From contig CAXBMO010000042.1 in the NCBI GenBank assembly GCA_963977015.1, forward strand, positions 1-28,804: a stretch of DNA of 28,804 bases, written 5' to 3'. The position numbers were made by a program, and so were the translations under genes. This document shows, one piece after another, positions 1 to 8,760 of this stretch (positions are counted from its first letter, which is position 1; each line of letters begins with the position of its first letter). Source of the DNA: an uncultured bacterium. GTDB lineage: Bacteria; Verrucomicrobiota; Verrucomicrobiia; Verrucomicrobiales; DEV007. The notes below the pieces were generated by a model. That model searched no databases, was not told where the DNA came from, and saw only the letters and a list, made by a program, of their open reading frames with translations.

Positions 1-592
1 TCGCATGCATTCTCGACTGGATCAGGTAATTTCTAGGTTCTAAAACACGACCTAGATGAACCGCGCCGACTTGAACGGGAACACACATGGCTCCGTAGTT
101 ACGACGGATCGGTAGGATTTCAGCGCTGGAGCCGGGAGAGTATCCCGTCAAGACTCGCAATTGGTTGGTTCGATAGTCAATCTGCACGGTTCGACCATGG
201 AAGAAATCAGCGCCCAGTAGGCCATCCAACCGGCGGCCAGCTTTGCGGCTGGCTGGCGCCAGGTCCAACGTGAGAAACGATTTTCGGATGGTGACTCCGG
301 CACTATGAACGCTCGTTTTCGCCGATCGGTAGGCATGCGACAAGCCGCCGACACCTTGAACCGTTTCTTTTCGACCCAAGGCCAAATTCAGCTTCTTGGC
401 CGCCTTAAGGTCGAGCACGGTTTCCTCCGCTCCCGTGTCCACAGCAAATTGAAGCGGAGTCTTTTGGGCCCCGACACTTACATTCGTCCAGATGAGTCCG
501 CGTTTGGTAGTGATTGAGCATTGACTAGCAAAAATCGTCCCGGCAAGGGAGAATGCTGTGAAAAAATGGACACTTAGGGCAACGAATCGCAT
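1..592 (-). CDS. Secreted retropepsin-like aspartyl protease, partial (runs off the window edge; second domain probably interrupted)
   Basis: Not in the ORF track because it has no stop in the window. Hand translation from ATG at 592 gives MRFVALSVHFFTAFSLAGTIFA (signal-like)...LQFAVDTGAEETVLD...RLDGLLGADFF...VQIDY. DTGA and GLLGxDF are the clan AA retropepsin motifs. Confidence 0.85.
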   Translation of the reverse strand, partial: MRFVALSVHFFTAFSLAGTIFASQCSITTKRGLIWTNVSVGAQKTPLQFAVDTGAEETVLDLKAAKKLNLALGRKETVQGVGGLSHAYRSAKTSVHSAGVTIRKSFLTLDLAPASRKAGRRLDGLLGADFFHGRTVQIDYRTNQLRVLTGYSPGSSAEILPIRRNYGAMCVPVQVGAVHLGRVLEPRNYLIQSRMHA

Positions 593-685
593 GATTGCTA
601 CAGGAAGTAAGAACGGTGCCAATCAGATGTAGCGATGCCCTAAAAAAACGGCAATTCACACTTTGCGCAGATTCCTGAAAAAATG

Positions 686-714
686 TGAGGGGTCTTCAAA
701 AAATCGGCGTTTAA
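686..714 (+). promoter_or_regulatory. ECF-type promoter P1 (A-type)
   Basis: TGAGGGGT-N14-CGTTTAA, 26 nt upstream of ATG 741. Confidence 0.85.
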
Positions 715-740
715 CCCTTTAAAGCACAACTTTAAAAACT

Positions 741-1004
741 ATGAAATACCCCATCTACACAACAACTCTCCTTGCCCTCTTTGCTGGCGTTTCCTGGGCC
801 GTACCTCCAACCAAAAGCCACCACTCCATCGTCCGGGCAAAAAATGCCAAGGCCCACCAGGAGCAGATGCAACAAACGAAGCAGACCGCGAGTCAGCGCC
901 CCACAACCATCGCTCTGGACGTTGGTAAGGGTAAAGCTAAAGCGATTGTGAAAGGGAAGCGAAATCAATTCCAGGCCTATCATCATCGCAACAAAGGTCA
1001 CTAA
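741..1004 (+). CDS. Small secreted basic peptide, paralog 1 (xPPxKS...HHRNKGH family)
   Basis: Signal peptide ending VSWA; clear paralogs at 10150-10407 and 21244-21507. Confidence 0.9.
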   Translation: MKYPIYTTTLLALFAGVSWAVPPTKSHHSIVRAKNAKAHQEQMQQTKQTASQRPTTIALDVGKGKAKAIVKGKRNQFQAYHHRNKGH

Positions 1005-1039
1005 ATCTCTCTCTTCGCGGCCCAATCGATGGGCAAACG

Positions 1040-1080
1040 GGAGTCCTAGCGAATTCTACAGCAGAAGCGCTAGAGGCTCC
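1040..1080 (+). terminator. Imperfect stem-loop downstream of peptide 1
   Basis: GGAGTCCTAGCG...CGCTAGAGGCTCC inverted repeat; weak U-tract. Confidence 0.45.
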
Positions 1081-1155
1081 TGTAGTTCATGAAGATTGAT
1101 AATTTAGAATAGTTAAGGCTTGCAAATCGCCCAATTGCAGTTTCTCTTCCTCCCC

Positions 1156-1554
1156 ATGCGGGTGCCTACCGCCATCACAATCCTTTTTCTTTGGGTGAGT
1201 TGTTATCTCAACTGCACCACGGGACTGTTTGCGCAACTCAGTGAAGAAATTAGGGGCGGTGATTTTCGCGCAGAGTGTTCAACCTGCCCTCACGATCAAC
1301 CTGTCCCAGAAGAGCAAAAGAGGCCCTGCGGAGATTGCGACTCGATCGCAAAATTAGCTGAAACGGAGACTTTTTCTCCTAAGCTGATGGAGAGTCGCGA
1401 TACAGAAGGCGTCTTCCATGCGTCTTTGGCAGGCGACTCGATCAGGCAACTGGTTTTGCTGAATCAGCGTCCCAAATCCACGGAGGCGCTTTTTTCCTGT
1501 GGTGAGCCAGCTTGGGCTCACATTTCGCGGCCCATTCGCGGCCCGGCGGTGTAG
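1156..1554 (+). CDS. CzcI/DUF2946-like leader protein with two CxxC motifs and an arrest-like C-terminus
   Basis: Hydrophobic N-terminus, CSTC and CGDC motifs, ends AWAHISRPIRGPAV; lies directly upstream of the TolC-MFP-RND operon. ATG 1156 preferred over TTG 1120. Confidence 0.7.
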   Translation: MRVPTAITILFLWVSCYLNCTTGLFAQLSEEIRGGDFRAECSTCPHDQPVPEEQKRPCGDCDSIAKLAETETFSPKLMESRDTEGVFHASLAGDSIRQLVLLNQRPKSTEALFSCGEPAWAHISRPIRGPAV

Positions 1555-1687
1555 TTCTGCGCCGGAGAAGAATTTCCGGGGACCGCTCGTTCCCGCCCAT
1601 TTCTCAGGCGCACGGTTCTGGTCTTTTTTCGGCTTCCTCGTGCCCACGTGGTGCGCCCTTTGCCAGCGAATTGCATTTTTCTTTCCT

Positions 1688-2959
1688 ATGATCCTTCCGT
1701 CTTGTTACTCACTCACACCTCTATTCTTCATCAGCTTACTGGCTGCGAACCATCTCCTTCTCGCGCAAGAGAAACCTGCTCCGTTTACAATTGAGGAGTT
1801 GGTCACTCAAGCTTTGGAAAGCAATCCCGAGCTTCAATTTTACGAAGCTGAGATTGCATCCGCGAAGGCTGGCCGGCGGGAGGCTGGCAGACTTGGAAAT
1901 CCCGAACTCGACTTCGACTTCGGCCGGAAAAGGTCAACCGGCGCCGATTTTCGAAGCGAAGGCGTGGCTTATGCCGTGGCCTTGGCGCAGCCGCTGGAAT
2001 GGCCGGGCAGAATCGGTTTGCGCAAGGCAATTGCAGATGGCGAAATCGACTTGGCGGAGCTTGGCCTGAAGCGTTTCAAATACGCCTTGGCCGGTCAGGT
2101 GCGGCAGTTGGCTTTCCGCGTTTCAATCGCTCAGGAAAAGGCCGCCGTGGCTCGCGATGTGGCCGGTCGGTTTAACGCCGTGAAGGATGTTTTGCTCCAG
2201 CGCGAAGTGGGTGGAATCGCTCCCCACCTGGAAATCAAAGTCATCGACGCTGCCACGATGACGATGGAGAAGGAGTCGCTGGAGGCGGCGGTGGAGGTTC
2301 AGATGGCGCTTCTGGAGCTAAACCAATTGATGGGCAGGTCTGCGGTCTCCCCTCTGGTAGTTGCCCGCGCGAAAACCGATTTTCCCGACATGCCGGAAGT
2401 CGCCAGACTGATGGAACTGGCGGTCGAAAGGAATTACGAAATGCAGGTGCTGCGGGCGGAACTGGCGCAGCAAGGCTTCCGCGTTTCGCTGGCGAAAAAT
2501 GAACGTTATCCCACGATTAAGGTCGGCCCCTACGTCTCCCGCGAGGAGGCCGGTGAGGTGGAGAGCGAGGCCGGAATTGGTTTCTCGCTAGAGCTGCCCA
2601 TTTTTCGAAACGGCAAAGCCAAGGTGTCCCAGGCCCAAGCCCGAGAAGCCCAGGCCGAGGCAACGATTAATGCTGCCGCCCGGAGGTTGGAGCGCGAAGT
2701 GGCGTCCGCCGCGCTGGTTTATTTGAACTCGCGCAAGCAACTGCAAGGCTGGCCGGCCGAACGAATCGACGCGCTTCAAGATTCGGCGCAGTCGGCGGAC
2801 CGGCATTACCGGCTGGGTGCGGTTCCTGTAGCGACTTACATCGAGCTTCAGGAGAAATATCTAGAAGCTTTGGAGGCCGTCAACGACGTGAAAGCCGATG
2901 CTCTGGAAGCTTGGCTAACTATCGAGCAACTGACCGGCGCGACGCCTGAATTTGACTAA
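1688..2959 (+). CDS. TolC/CzcC-family outer membrane efflux protein
   Basis: Signal peptide from ATG 1688, ALESNPEL motif, two OEP helical repeats. Confidence 0.93.
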   Translation: MILPSCYSLTPLFFISLLAANHLLLAQEKPAPFTIEELVTQALESNPELQFYEAEIASAKAGRREAGRLGNPELDFDFGRKRSTGADFRSEGVAYAVALAQPLEWPGRIGLRKAIADGEIDLAELGLKRFKYALAGQVRQLAFRVSIAQEKAAVARDVAGRFNAVKDVLLQREVGGIAPHLEIKVIDAATMTMEKESLEAAVEVQMALLELNQLMGRSAVSPLVVARAKTDFPDMPEVARLMELAVERNYEMQVLRAELAQQGFRVSLAKNERYPTIKVGPYVSREEAGEVESEAGIGFSLELPIFRNGKAKVSQAQAREAQAEATINAAARRLEREVASAALVYLNSRKQLQGWPAERIDALQDSAQSADRHYRLGAVPVATYIELQEKYLEALEAVNDVKADALEAWLTIEQLTGATPEFD

Positions 2960-2988
2960 CCAACACATTCCACAACCCAAACCAAATC

Positions 2989-3717
2989 ATGAAAAAACAA
3001 CTGAGACATGGCTACCGCGTTATTGGCTTGGCCGTGAGCGCCGCCTTGGGCTTCGCCATCCCGGCAAACGCGAACGATGAACTGGAACGCCCCCCCGGCC
3101 CGGTGACGGGCGACAACCCGAACATTGGCATCAAGTATGACAAGAAGCAGGGCCTCTACGTGACCCCGTTTTCCGCAAAGTTGCTCGGCCTGGAAATGGC
3201 CGACGTAGATGAATCCGAGATCTTCTCCACGCTCACACTCCAGGCCCGGGTGTATGACAATCCCGGCGACGGCACAGCTCAGGCCAGCGCGTGGCTTCCC
3301 GAAGAAGAAGCGAAGCTGGTGCAATCCGGTCAGGCGGTCCTGCTCGATGGAGATCGGGCTGGAGAGATTACCGCAGTTTCGGAGAAGATGAACGGTCAGG
3401 CAGAGGTATTGCTGTCAATCGCGGATCCCGCAGGTGGGTTGAAAGTCGGGAAGTTTCTATCCGGAAATCTCGCGATCTCAAGTAACGGCCCGGTGACCGT
3501 GGTCCCGGAGAAGGCCATCATCCATTCCGCGGAGGGAGCGTTCGCCTACGTCGACAACGGCGGCTGGACGGTTCGCACACCGGTGGAAGTCGGTGCCATC
3601 GCTGGAGGTAAAGCCGAGATCATCGACGGGATTTACTTCGGGGATCGCGTCGTGACGCAGCCGGTCATGGCGCTCTGGATGACGGAACTGCAACTCCTGA
3701 AATCGGGCAAGGCCTGA
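2989..3717 (+). CDS. Reduced periplasmic adaptor (MFP, CzcB/CusB-like), 242 aa
   Basis: Signal peptide; C-terminal VVPEKAI...VEVG...EIIDGIYFGDRVV typical of MFPs; located between TolC and RND. Confidence 0.85.
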   Translation: MKKQLRHGYRVIGLAVSAALGFAIPANANDELERPPGPVTGDNPNIGIKYDKKQGLYVTPFSAKLLGLEMADVDESEIFSTLTLQARVYDNPGDGTAQASAWLPEEEAKLVQSGQAVLLDGDRAGEITAVSEKMNGQAEVLLSIADPAGGLKVGKFLSGNLAISSNGPVTVVPEKAIIHSAEGAFAYVDNGGWTVRTPVEVGAIAGGKAEIIDGIYFGDRVVTQPVMALWMTELQLLKSGKA

Positions 3718-3730
3718 AGCTGCGCCCACT

Positions 3731-3748
3731 GAGTGCCGGTCGGCACTC
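3731..3748 (+). other. Intra-operon hairpin between the MFP and RND genes
   Basis: GAGTGCCG-GT-CGGCACTC perfect inverted repeat. Confidence 0.55.
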
Positions 3749-3808
3749 TCGAAGCCAAACCCTCGAACTCGATTTGCAACCCCGACATCTCATGACACGC
3801 CGATTTTC

Positions 3809-6800
3809 ATGATTAACTGGATCGTCACCCAAGCAATGCGGCAGCGCGCCATGGTGGTGCTCGCCACGCTCATTCTCATCGGGACGGGCATCTGGTCTGC
3901 CCTGAACCTCTCCGTGGACGCCGTGCCGGACATCACCCATGTCCAGGTTCAGGTCAATACGGCAGTCCCCGCGCTCGCTCCCGAGGAGATCGAGAAACTC
4001 GTCACATTCCCGATCGAAACCGAGATGGCGGGTCTTCCGGGGATGACCGACCTCCGCTCGCTCTCGAAATACGGCCTCTCCCAGGTGACGATGGTTTTCG
4101 AGGACGGATCGGACATTTACCTGCTTCGCCAACTCGTCGCGGAGCGCCTCCAGACCGTGCAGGAGGAAATTCCCGAGGGCCTCACGCCCCAACTCGCCCC
4201 GATCGCCACCGGGCTCGGCGAGATTTTCTACTACTTCATCGACTACGCGGAGGACGCGGCCAACGCTCCCGAAGATCCGCTGGAGCGACTCATGGCGTTG
4301 AAGCTGATTCACGATCTGCAGGTCAAACCACTCCTGCGGGCCACTCCCGGTATCACCGAGATCAATGTGACCGGTGGTTACGAGAAACAAATTGTCATTC
4401 AGCCCTACCCGGAGCGACTCACCGCTGTCGGAATGACGCTCGAAGACGTCGCCGACAAGATCGCGATGAACACCGAGAACGTCGGAGGGGGGCTCATCGA
4501 ACTCGGCGGCGAGCAGGTCGTCATCCGGGGAGACAACCGTGTCGCCACGATCGAGGAAACCGCCAAACTCCCGCTGAAGTTCGGGGCCGGCGTCGATCCC
4601 TTGCTGGTCGAGGACATCGCCGAAATTCGCATCGGCCACAGCTTCCGCACGGGGGCCGCCACGGTGCGTGGCAAGGAAGCCGTCGTCGGCACGGCTGTCA
4701 TGCTGCTCGGCGAGAACAGCCGCACCGTCTCCGTCGCCGTCGCGGATCGGCTAGGCAAGATCCAGGAAAAACTGCCCGAAGGCGTCATCATCGAAGCCCT
4801 TTACAACCGGTCGGATCTGGTCGATGCGACCATTCACACGGTGGAGAAGAACCTCTTTGAGGGAGCCATTTTCGTTGTCGTTGTCCTGCTCCTCATGCTC
4901 GGAAATTTCCGCGCGGCGCTGATCGTTGCCTGTGCGATTCCGCTCTCGATGCTGTTCGCCTTCACCGGAATGGTCACCAACGAGATATCCGGAAATCTGA
5001 TGAGTCTCGGCGCGATCGACTTCGGCCTCATCATCGACGGAGCTGTCGTCATGGTGGAAAACATCGTCCGCCACCTCGCCGAGAAACAGAAAGCTCTCGG
5101 CCGCAAACTCAACGCGCAGGAACGCTTCGAGGAAGTGCTCGTCTCTGCCCGCGAGGTCGCCAACCCCATGTTCTTCGGCGTCCTTATCATCACGGTGGTC
5201 TATGTGCCGATCCTCGCTCTCACCGGGATCGAGGGGAAAATGTTCCGCCCGATGGCGCTCACCGTGATGTTCGCCCTCATCGGCGCGCTCATCCTCTCGC
5301 TCACCCTGATGCCGGTGCTCTGCTCCTATTTCCTGAAAGGCGAGATCAAAGAGAAAGACTCCCGGCTCGTCACCTTCTTCAAGTTTCTCTACGCACCGAT
5401 CCTGCAATTCGCGCTGCGCTTTCGCTGGATCGTCGCCCTGGCGATGTTCGGGTTGTTCGGCTTTTCGCTGTTCCTTTTCAGCCGGATGGGGGCCGAATTC
5501 GTCCCAGAACTCGACGAGGGCGATCTCACGATCCAGTTCATCCGCAGCATCAGCGCCGGACTCGACGCCTCGCTCGATCTCCAGCTCAAGTCCGAGAAAC
5601 TGCTGCTTGAGAAATTTCCCGAGGTCGAGGACGTCTTCGCCCGGATCGGCACCTCGGAAGTGGCGATGGACCCGATGGGGCCGAACCTCGCCGACACCTT
5701 CCTCATGCTGAAGCCGCGAAGCGAGTGGCGGAAGATCGACGGCCGCACCATCACCAAAGCGGAACTCGGTAGTCTCATGCGCGACGAACTCTCCCTGAAT
5801 GTTCCGGGACAAGGCTACCTCGTCACACAGCCCATTCAGATGCGATTCAATGAGATCATGGCCGGTGCCCGGGCCAATTTGCTCTGCAAAATTTTTGGCG
5901 AAGACTTCGATGAACTCGAACGCCTCGCCGGAGAAGCCCGTGCCTTGATCGTCGCGATCCCAGGAGCCAGCCAGGTCGAGTTTGACAACGTGGGGCGGAA
6001 CCCAACGCTGGAGATCACTCCGAACCGCGACGCAATGCGCAAATTCAACGTGCAGGCCGACGAAATCAACGCCGTCGTCCGTGCCGCCCTCGCCGGGGAG
6101 GAAACCGGCATGATGATCGACGGAAACCGCCGCTACGAGATCGTGGTGAGATTGCCCGAAAGAATCCGCACCGACATCAAAGCCATCAAGCGTCTTCCCC
6201 TCCGCACCGAAGACGAAGGGCTCATCACCCTCGGCCAGGTCGCCAACATCGAGATGGTGCAGCAGGTCGGGACCATCGCCCGCGAAGCCACCCAACGGCG
6301 CGTCTCGATCCTCATCAACAACGAAGGCCGCGACACCGAAAGCTTCGTCGAGGAAGCGCAGGCCGCTCTACGCGAACAGGTCGATTGGCCCGACGGCTAC
6401 TATTTCGAGTTCGGCGGCCAGTTCGAGAATCTGATCAAAGCCAAAAAGCGCCTCTCCGTCGTCGTTCCTGTCGCGATGGGACTCATCTTCGTGCTCATCT
6501 TCATGAGCTTCGGCAGTTTCCGGCAGGCGGCGCTGATCTTCACCTGCGTTCCGCTCGCCATCACCGGCGGCATCTTCGCAATCTACCTGCGCGGGATGCC
6601 CTTCACCATTTCCGCCGGTGTCGGTTTTATCGCGCTGAGCGGGATTGCCGTCCTCAACGGGATCATGCTCATCAGCTTCATCAACCAACTGCGCGAGGGC
6701 GGCATGGGCCTGCGCGACGCCGTCGTCCAGGGGTCACTGACCCGCCTCCGCCCCAAGCTCATGACCGCGTTGGTCGCCTCCTTTGGCTTCATCCCCATGG

Positions 6801-7003
6801 CCATCGCCACCGGACCTGGCGCCGAGGTGCAGCGACCGCTCGCCACGGTCGTGATCGGCGGAATCATCACCTCCACGATCCTGACCCTCGTCCTGCTGCC
6901 CACGCTTTACGAATGGCTGGAGAAAAATTCCGAGCGCCGAAAGCTCATCGAGCGCGAAGAATTCGAACCGTCGCAAGCAGCCGATCCCGTCGCCGCCTCC
7001 TGA
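3809..7003 (+). CDS. czcA: Heavy-metal efflux RND permease, CzcA/CusA family
   Basis: 1064 aa; DAVPDIT, SLSKYGLSQV, TM4 GAIDFGLIIDGAVVMVEN, GAEVQRPLATVVIGG. Confidence 0.95.
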   Translation: MINWIVTQAMRQRAMVVLATLILIGTGIWSALNLSVDAVPDITHVQVQVNTAVPALAPEEIEKLVTFPIETEMAGLPGMTDLRSLSKYGLSQVTMVFEDGSDIYLLRQLVAERLQTVQEEIPEGLTPQLAPIATGLGEIFYYFIDYAEDAANAPEDPLERLMALKLIHDLQVKPLLRATPGITEINVTGGYEKQIVIQPYPERLTAVGMTLEDVADKIAMNTENVGGGLIELGGEQVVIRGDNRVATIEETAKLPLKFGAGVDPLLVEDIAEIRIGHSFRTGAATVRGKEAVVGTAVMLLGENSRTVSVAVADRLGKIQEKLPEGVIIEALYNRSDLVDATIHTVEKNLFEGAIFVVVVLLLMLGNFRAALIVACAIPLSMLFAFTGMVTNEISGNLMSLGAIDFGLIIDGAVVMVENIVRHLAEKQKALGRKLNAQERFEEVLVSAREVANPMFFGVLIITVVYVPILALTGIEGKMFRPMALTVMFALIGALILSLTLMPVLCSYFLKGEIKEKDSRLVTFFKFLYAPILQFALRFRWIVALAMFGLFGFSLFLFSRMGAEFVPELDEGDLTIQFIRSISAGLDASLDLQLKSEKLLLEKFPEVEDVFARIGTSEVAMDPMGPNLADTFLMLKPRSEWRKIDGRTITKAELGSLMRDELSLNVPGQGYLVTQPIQMRFNEIMAGARANLLCKIFGEDFDELERLAGEARALIVAIPGASQVEFDNVGRNPTLEITPNRDAMRKFNVQADEINAVVRAALAGEETGMMIDGNRRYEIVVRLPERIRTDIKAIKRLPLRTEDEGLITLGQVANIEMVQQVGTIAREATQRRVSILINNEGRDTESFVEEAQAALREQVDWPDGYYFEFGGQFENLIKAKKRLSVVVPVAMGLIFVLIFMSFGSFRQAALIFTCVPLAITGGIFAIYLRGMPFTISAGVGFIALSGIAVLNGIMLISFINQLREGGMGLRDAVVQGSLTRLRPKLMTALVASFGFIPMAIATGPGAEVQRPLATVVIGGIITSTILTLVLLPTLYEWLEKNSERRKLIEREEFEPSQAADPVAAS

Positions 7004-7036
7004 ATTTCCTTTAACCAAACCCAAAACAAATAAACG

Positions 7037-7492
7037 ATGAAAACCAAACCAAAAATCCAAACCCTCCTCGCCTGTCTCGCTTTCACTGTCGCCCTCCCGG
7101 CGATGGCCGATGAAGAGGCCAAAGAAGTCGAAGCCGGAGCCCGCGGCGGGCGTCTCCTCGCCACCGAAAGCCCCCGTCCCGAGTTCTTTGTCGAGAAAGA
7201 CCACACTGTTTCGGTGAAGTTCTACAACGAAGCCAAGGAAGTCGTGGCGCCGACCACGCAGCAAGTCACGGTCATCGCAACCGGAGCCAAGAAAGCCAAA
7301 CTGGCCCTGACCAAGAAAGAGGACGCCCTCGTCTCCACCGAGCCGCTGCCTGAAGGCGATGGCTACAACCTGGTGGTCCAGGTTCGCCCCGATGCCGATT
7401 CGCGCCCGGAGAACTTTCGGTTCACGTTTTTGAATCACATCTGCGGCGGCACCTGCGGCAATCCCGAATATGCCTGCACTTGCGACGAGTGA
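7037..7492 (+). CDS. Secreted protein with C-terminal CxxxC-x3-EYACTC motif (paralog A)
   Basis: Signal peptide AMA|DE, GARGGR motif, ends CGGTCGNPEYACTCDE; paralogs at 27319 and 28085. Confidence 0.88.
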   Translation: MKTKPKIQTLLACLAFTVALPAMADEEAKEVEAGARGGRLLATESPRPEFFVEKDHTVSVKFYNEAKEVVAPTTQQVTVIATGAKKAKLALTKKEDALVSTEPLPEGDGYNLVVQVRPDADSRPENFRFTFLNHICGGTCGNPEYACTCDE

Positions 7493-7513
7493 TTGGGAAC
7501 CCGGCTCGTCCCG

Positions 7514-8125
7514 ATGAGCAGTTGCGATTGTCATTCAGAGCAAACCGACACTCTTCAGCGGTCGGTCTTGGCGACTCTGTTAGCGATCAATGGCCTCATG
7601 TTCGCCGCCGAGTTTGGCCTGGGAATTCTGGCCGACTCCACCGGCCTGATCGCCGATTCGCTCGACATGCTGGCCGACGCCACCGTATACGGCCTCTCGC
7701 TGTATGCGGTGGGCCGGGCAGCGAGTGTCAAGACGAATGCCGCGCGCTTGAGTGGCTATTTTCAGATTGCTTTGGCGATCGGCGTATTTCTCGACATCGT
7801 TCGCCGGTTCATCTTTGGCAGCGAACCAGTTTCGACGCTGATGTTTGGGGTGGGGCTGGTTGCCTTGGCGGCAAACGTGGCTTGCCTCTTGCTGCTGGCC
7901 AAACATCGCAAAGGCGAGGTGCACATCCGGGCGAGCTGGATCTTTTCCAAAAACGACGTCATCGCGAATCTGGGGGTGATGGGCGCTGGAGTGTTGGTTC
8001 ATCTGACTGGTCAAAAATGGCCCGATCTTGCAATCGGTCTTCTAATCGTGATCGTCGTCTTTCGTGGTGGGTTGGAGATCACCAAGGATGCCAAGAACGA
8101 GAGCTGTCTTGACTATGAAGACTGA
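7514..8125 (+). CDS. Cation diffusion facilitator (Cation_efflux) transporter, membrane domain only
   Basis: MSSCDCH N-terminus, STGLIADSLDMLAD, SKNDVIAN, WPDL; 5-6 hydrophobic segments. Confidence 0.9.
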   Translation: MSSCDCHSEQTDTLQRSVLATLLAINGLMFAAEFGLGILADSTGLIADSLDMLADATVYGLSLYAVGRAASVKTNAARLSGYFQIALAIGVFLDIVRRFIFGSEPVSTLMFGVGLVALAANVACLLLLAKHRKGEVHIRASWIFSKNDVIANLGVMGAGVLVHLTGQKWPDLAIGLLIVIVVFRGGLEITKDAKNESCLDYED

Positions 8126-8322
8126 TTTATTCAGCCTCGGATGACGTTTGCGGTGACAGCTTTCGCAAGAATTCTCGTTTATCCTCAGTCCTTTGATGTG
8201 TGTTGAGGAACCAATACCCGGCAGCTGGGCGCTCCTAAACTGGTCCAGCCCTTCGTCCAACATGCCGGGCGGCGGCTTCAGAGACGGTGATGGTGGGAGT
8301 CTGTTGGATTGCCTCGCGTAAT

Positions 8323-8580
8323 TCAGTGGTGGCCGTGCCCGTGATGGCCGTGGTGCCCACCGTAGCCGAAATGACCACCGTGACCATGATGGCCATGACC
8401 ATAGCTATGGTACCGCGACGGATAATGCCGATTCGAGTAGTAGCCATGACCGTGACCACTGTAATATCCATAGTGTCCGCCGTACCCATAGGGATATAAA
8501 TAACAACTCGTCAGACCAAGAAGACATGTTGCCGCCAATAGAATAGCCGCGATTTTCGTTGGAATTTCTTTCCGCTTCAT
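8323..8580 (-). CDS. Gly/Tyr/His-rich small lipoprotein
   Basis: ATG 8580; lipobox LTSC followed by YLYPYGYGGHYGYYSGHGHG...GHHGHHGHGHH. Confidence 0.8.
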   Translation of the reverse strand: MKRKEIPTKIAAILLAATCLLGLTSCYLYPYGYGGHYGYYSGHGHGYYSNRHYPSRYHSYGHGHHGHGGHFGYGGHHGHHGHGHH

Positions 8581-8719
8581 CGCAACCGTCAATTAACATC
8601 TAACCATACGCCGGTGCAAGAGATTTGCGGGAATTCAGCCATGCACCCATTCTCTACCATCAGGCAAAGGGCGGCGTCGGAAGGTTGATTCCCAGGGAGA
8701 AACTTTTCCGTGGGAAATT

Positions 8720-8748
8720 TGGGGGGTAAACGTGCATCCGGCGTTTAA
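8720..8748 (+). promoter_or_regulatory. ECF-type promoter P2
   Basis: TGGGGGGT-N14-CGTTTAA, 12 nt upstream of ATG 8761. Confidence 0.8.
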
Positions 8749-8760
8749 AGAGCAGCGCAC

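Noticed and set aside
148-517. ORF-track entries 148-354(-) and 305-517(+)
   Set aside because: They overlap the aspartyl protease frame (1-592, minus strand), which carries the recognisable motifs.
1524-1544. Tandem TTCGCGGCCC repeat (third copy near 1014)
   Set aside because: Short, GC-rich and inside the leader ORF (encodes SRPIRGP); no independent support as a DNA site.
3665-6295. Long antisense ORFs (324 aa, 514 aa) opposite RND1, and similar ones opposite TolC2, the ATPase and RND2
   Set aside because: Shadow frames produced by high-GC3 codon usage; no motifs; fully overlap confident genes.
8604-8635. CGGCGTATG upstream of the His-rich lipoprotein (minus strand) as a regulon promoter
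   Set aside because: The -10-like element is present but there is no G-run -35 at the required spacing.
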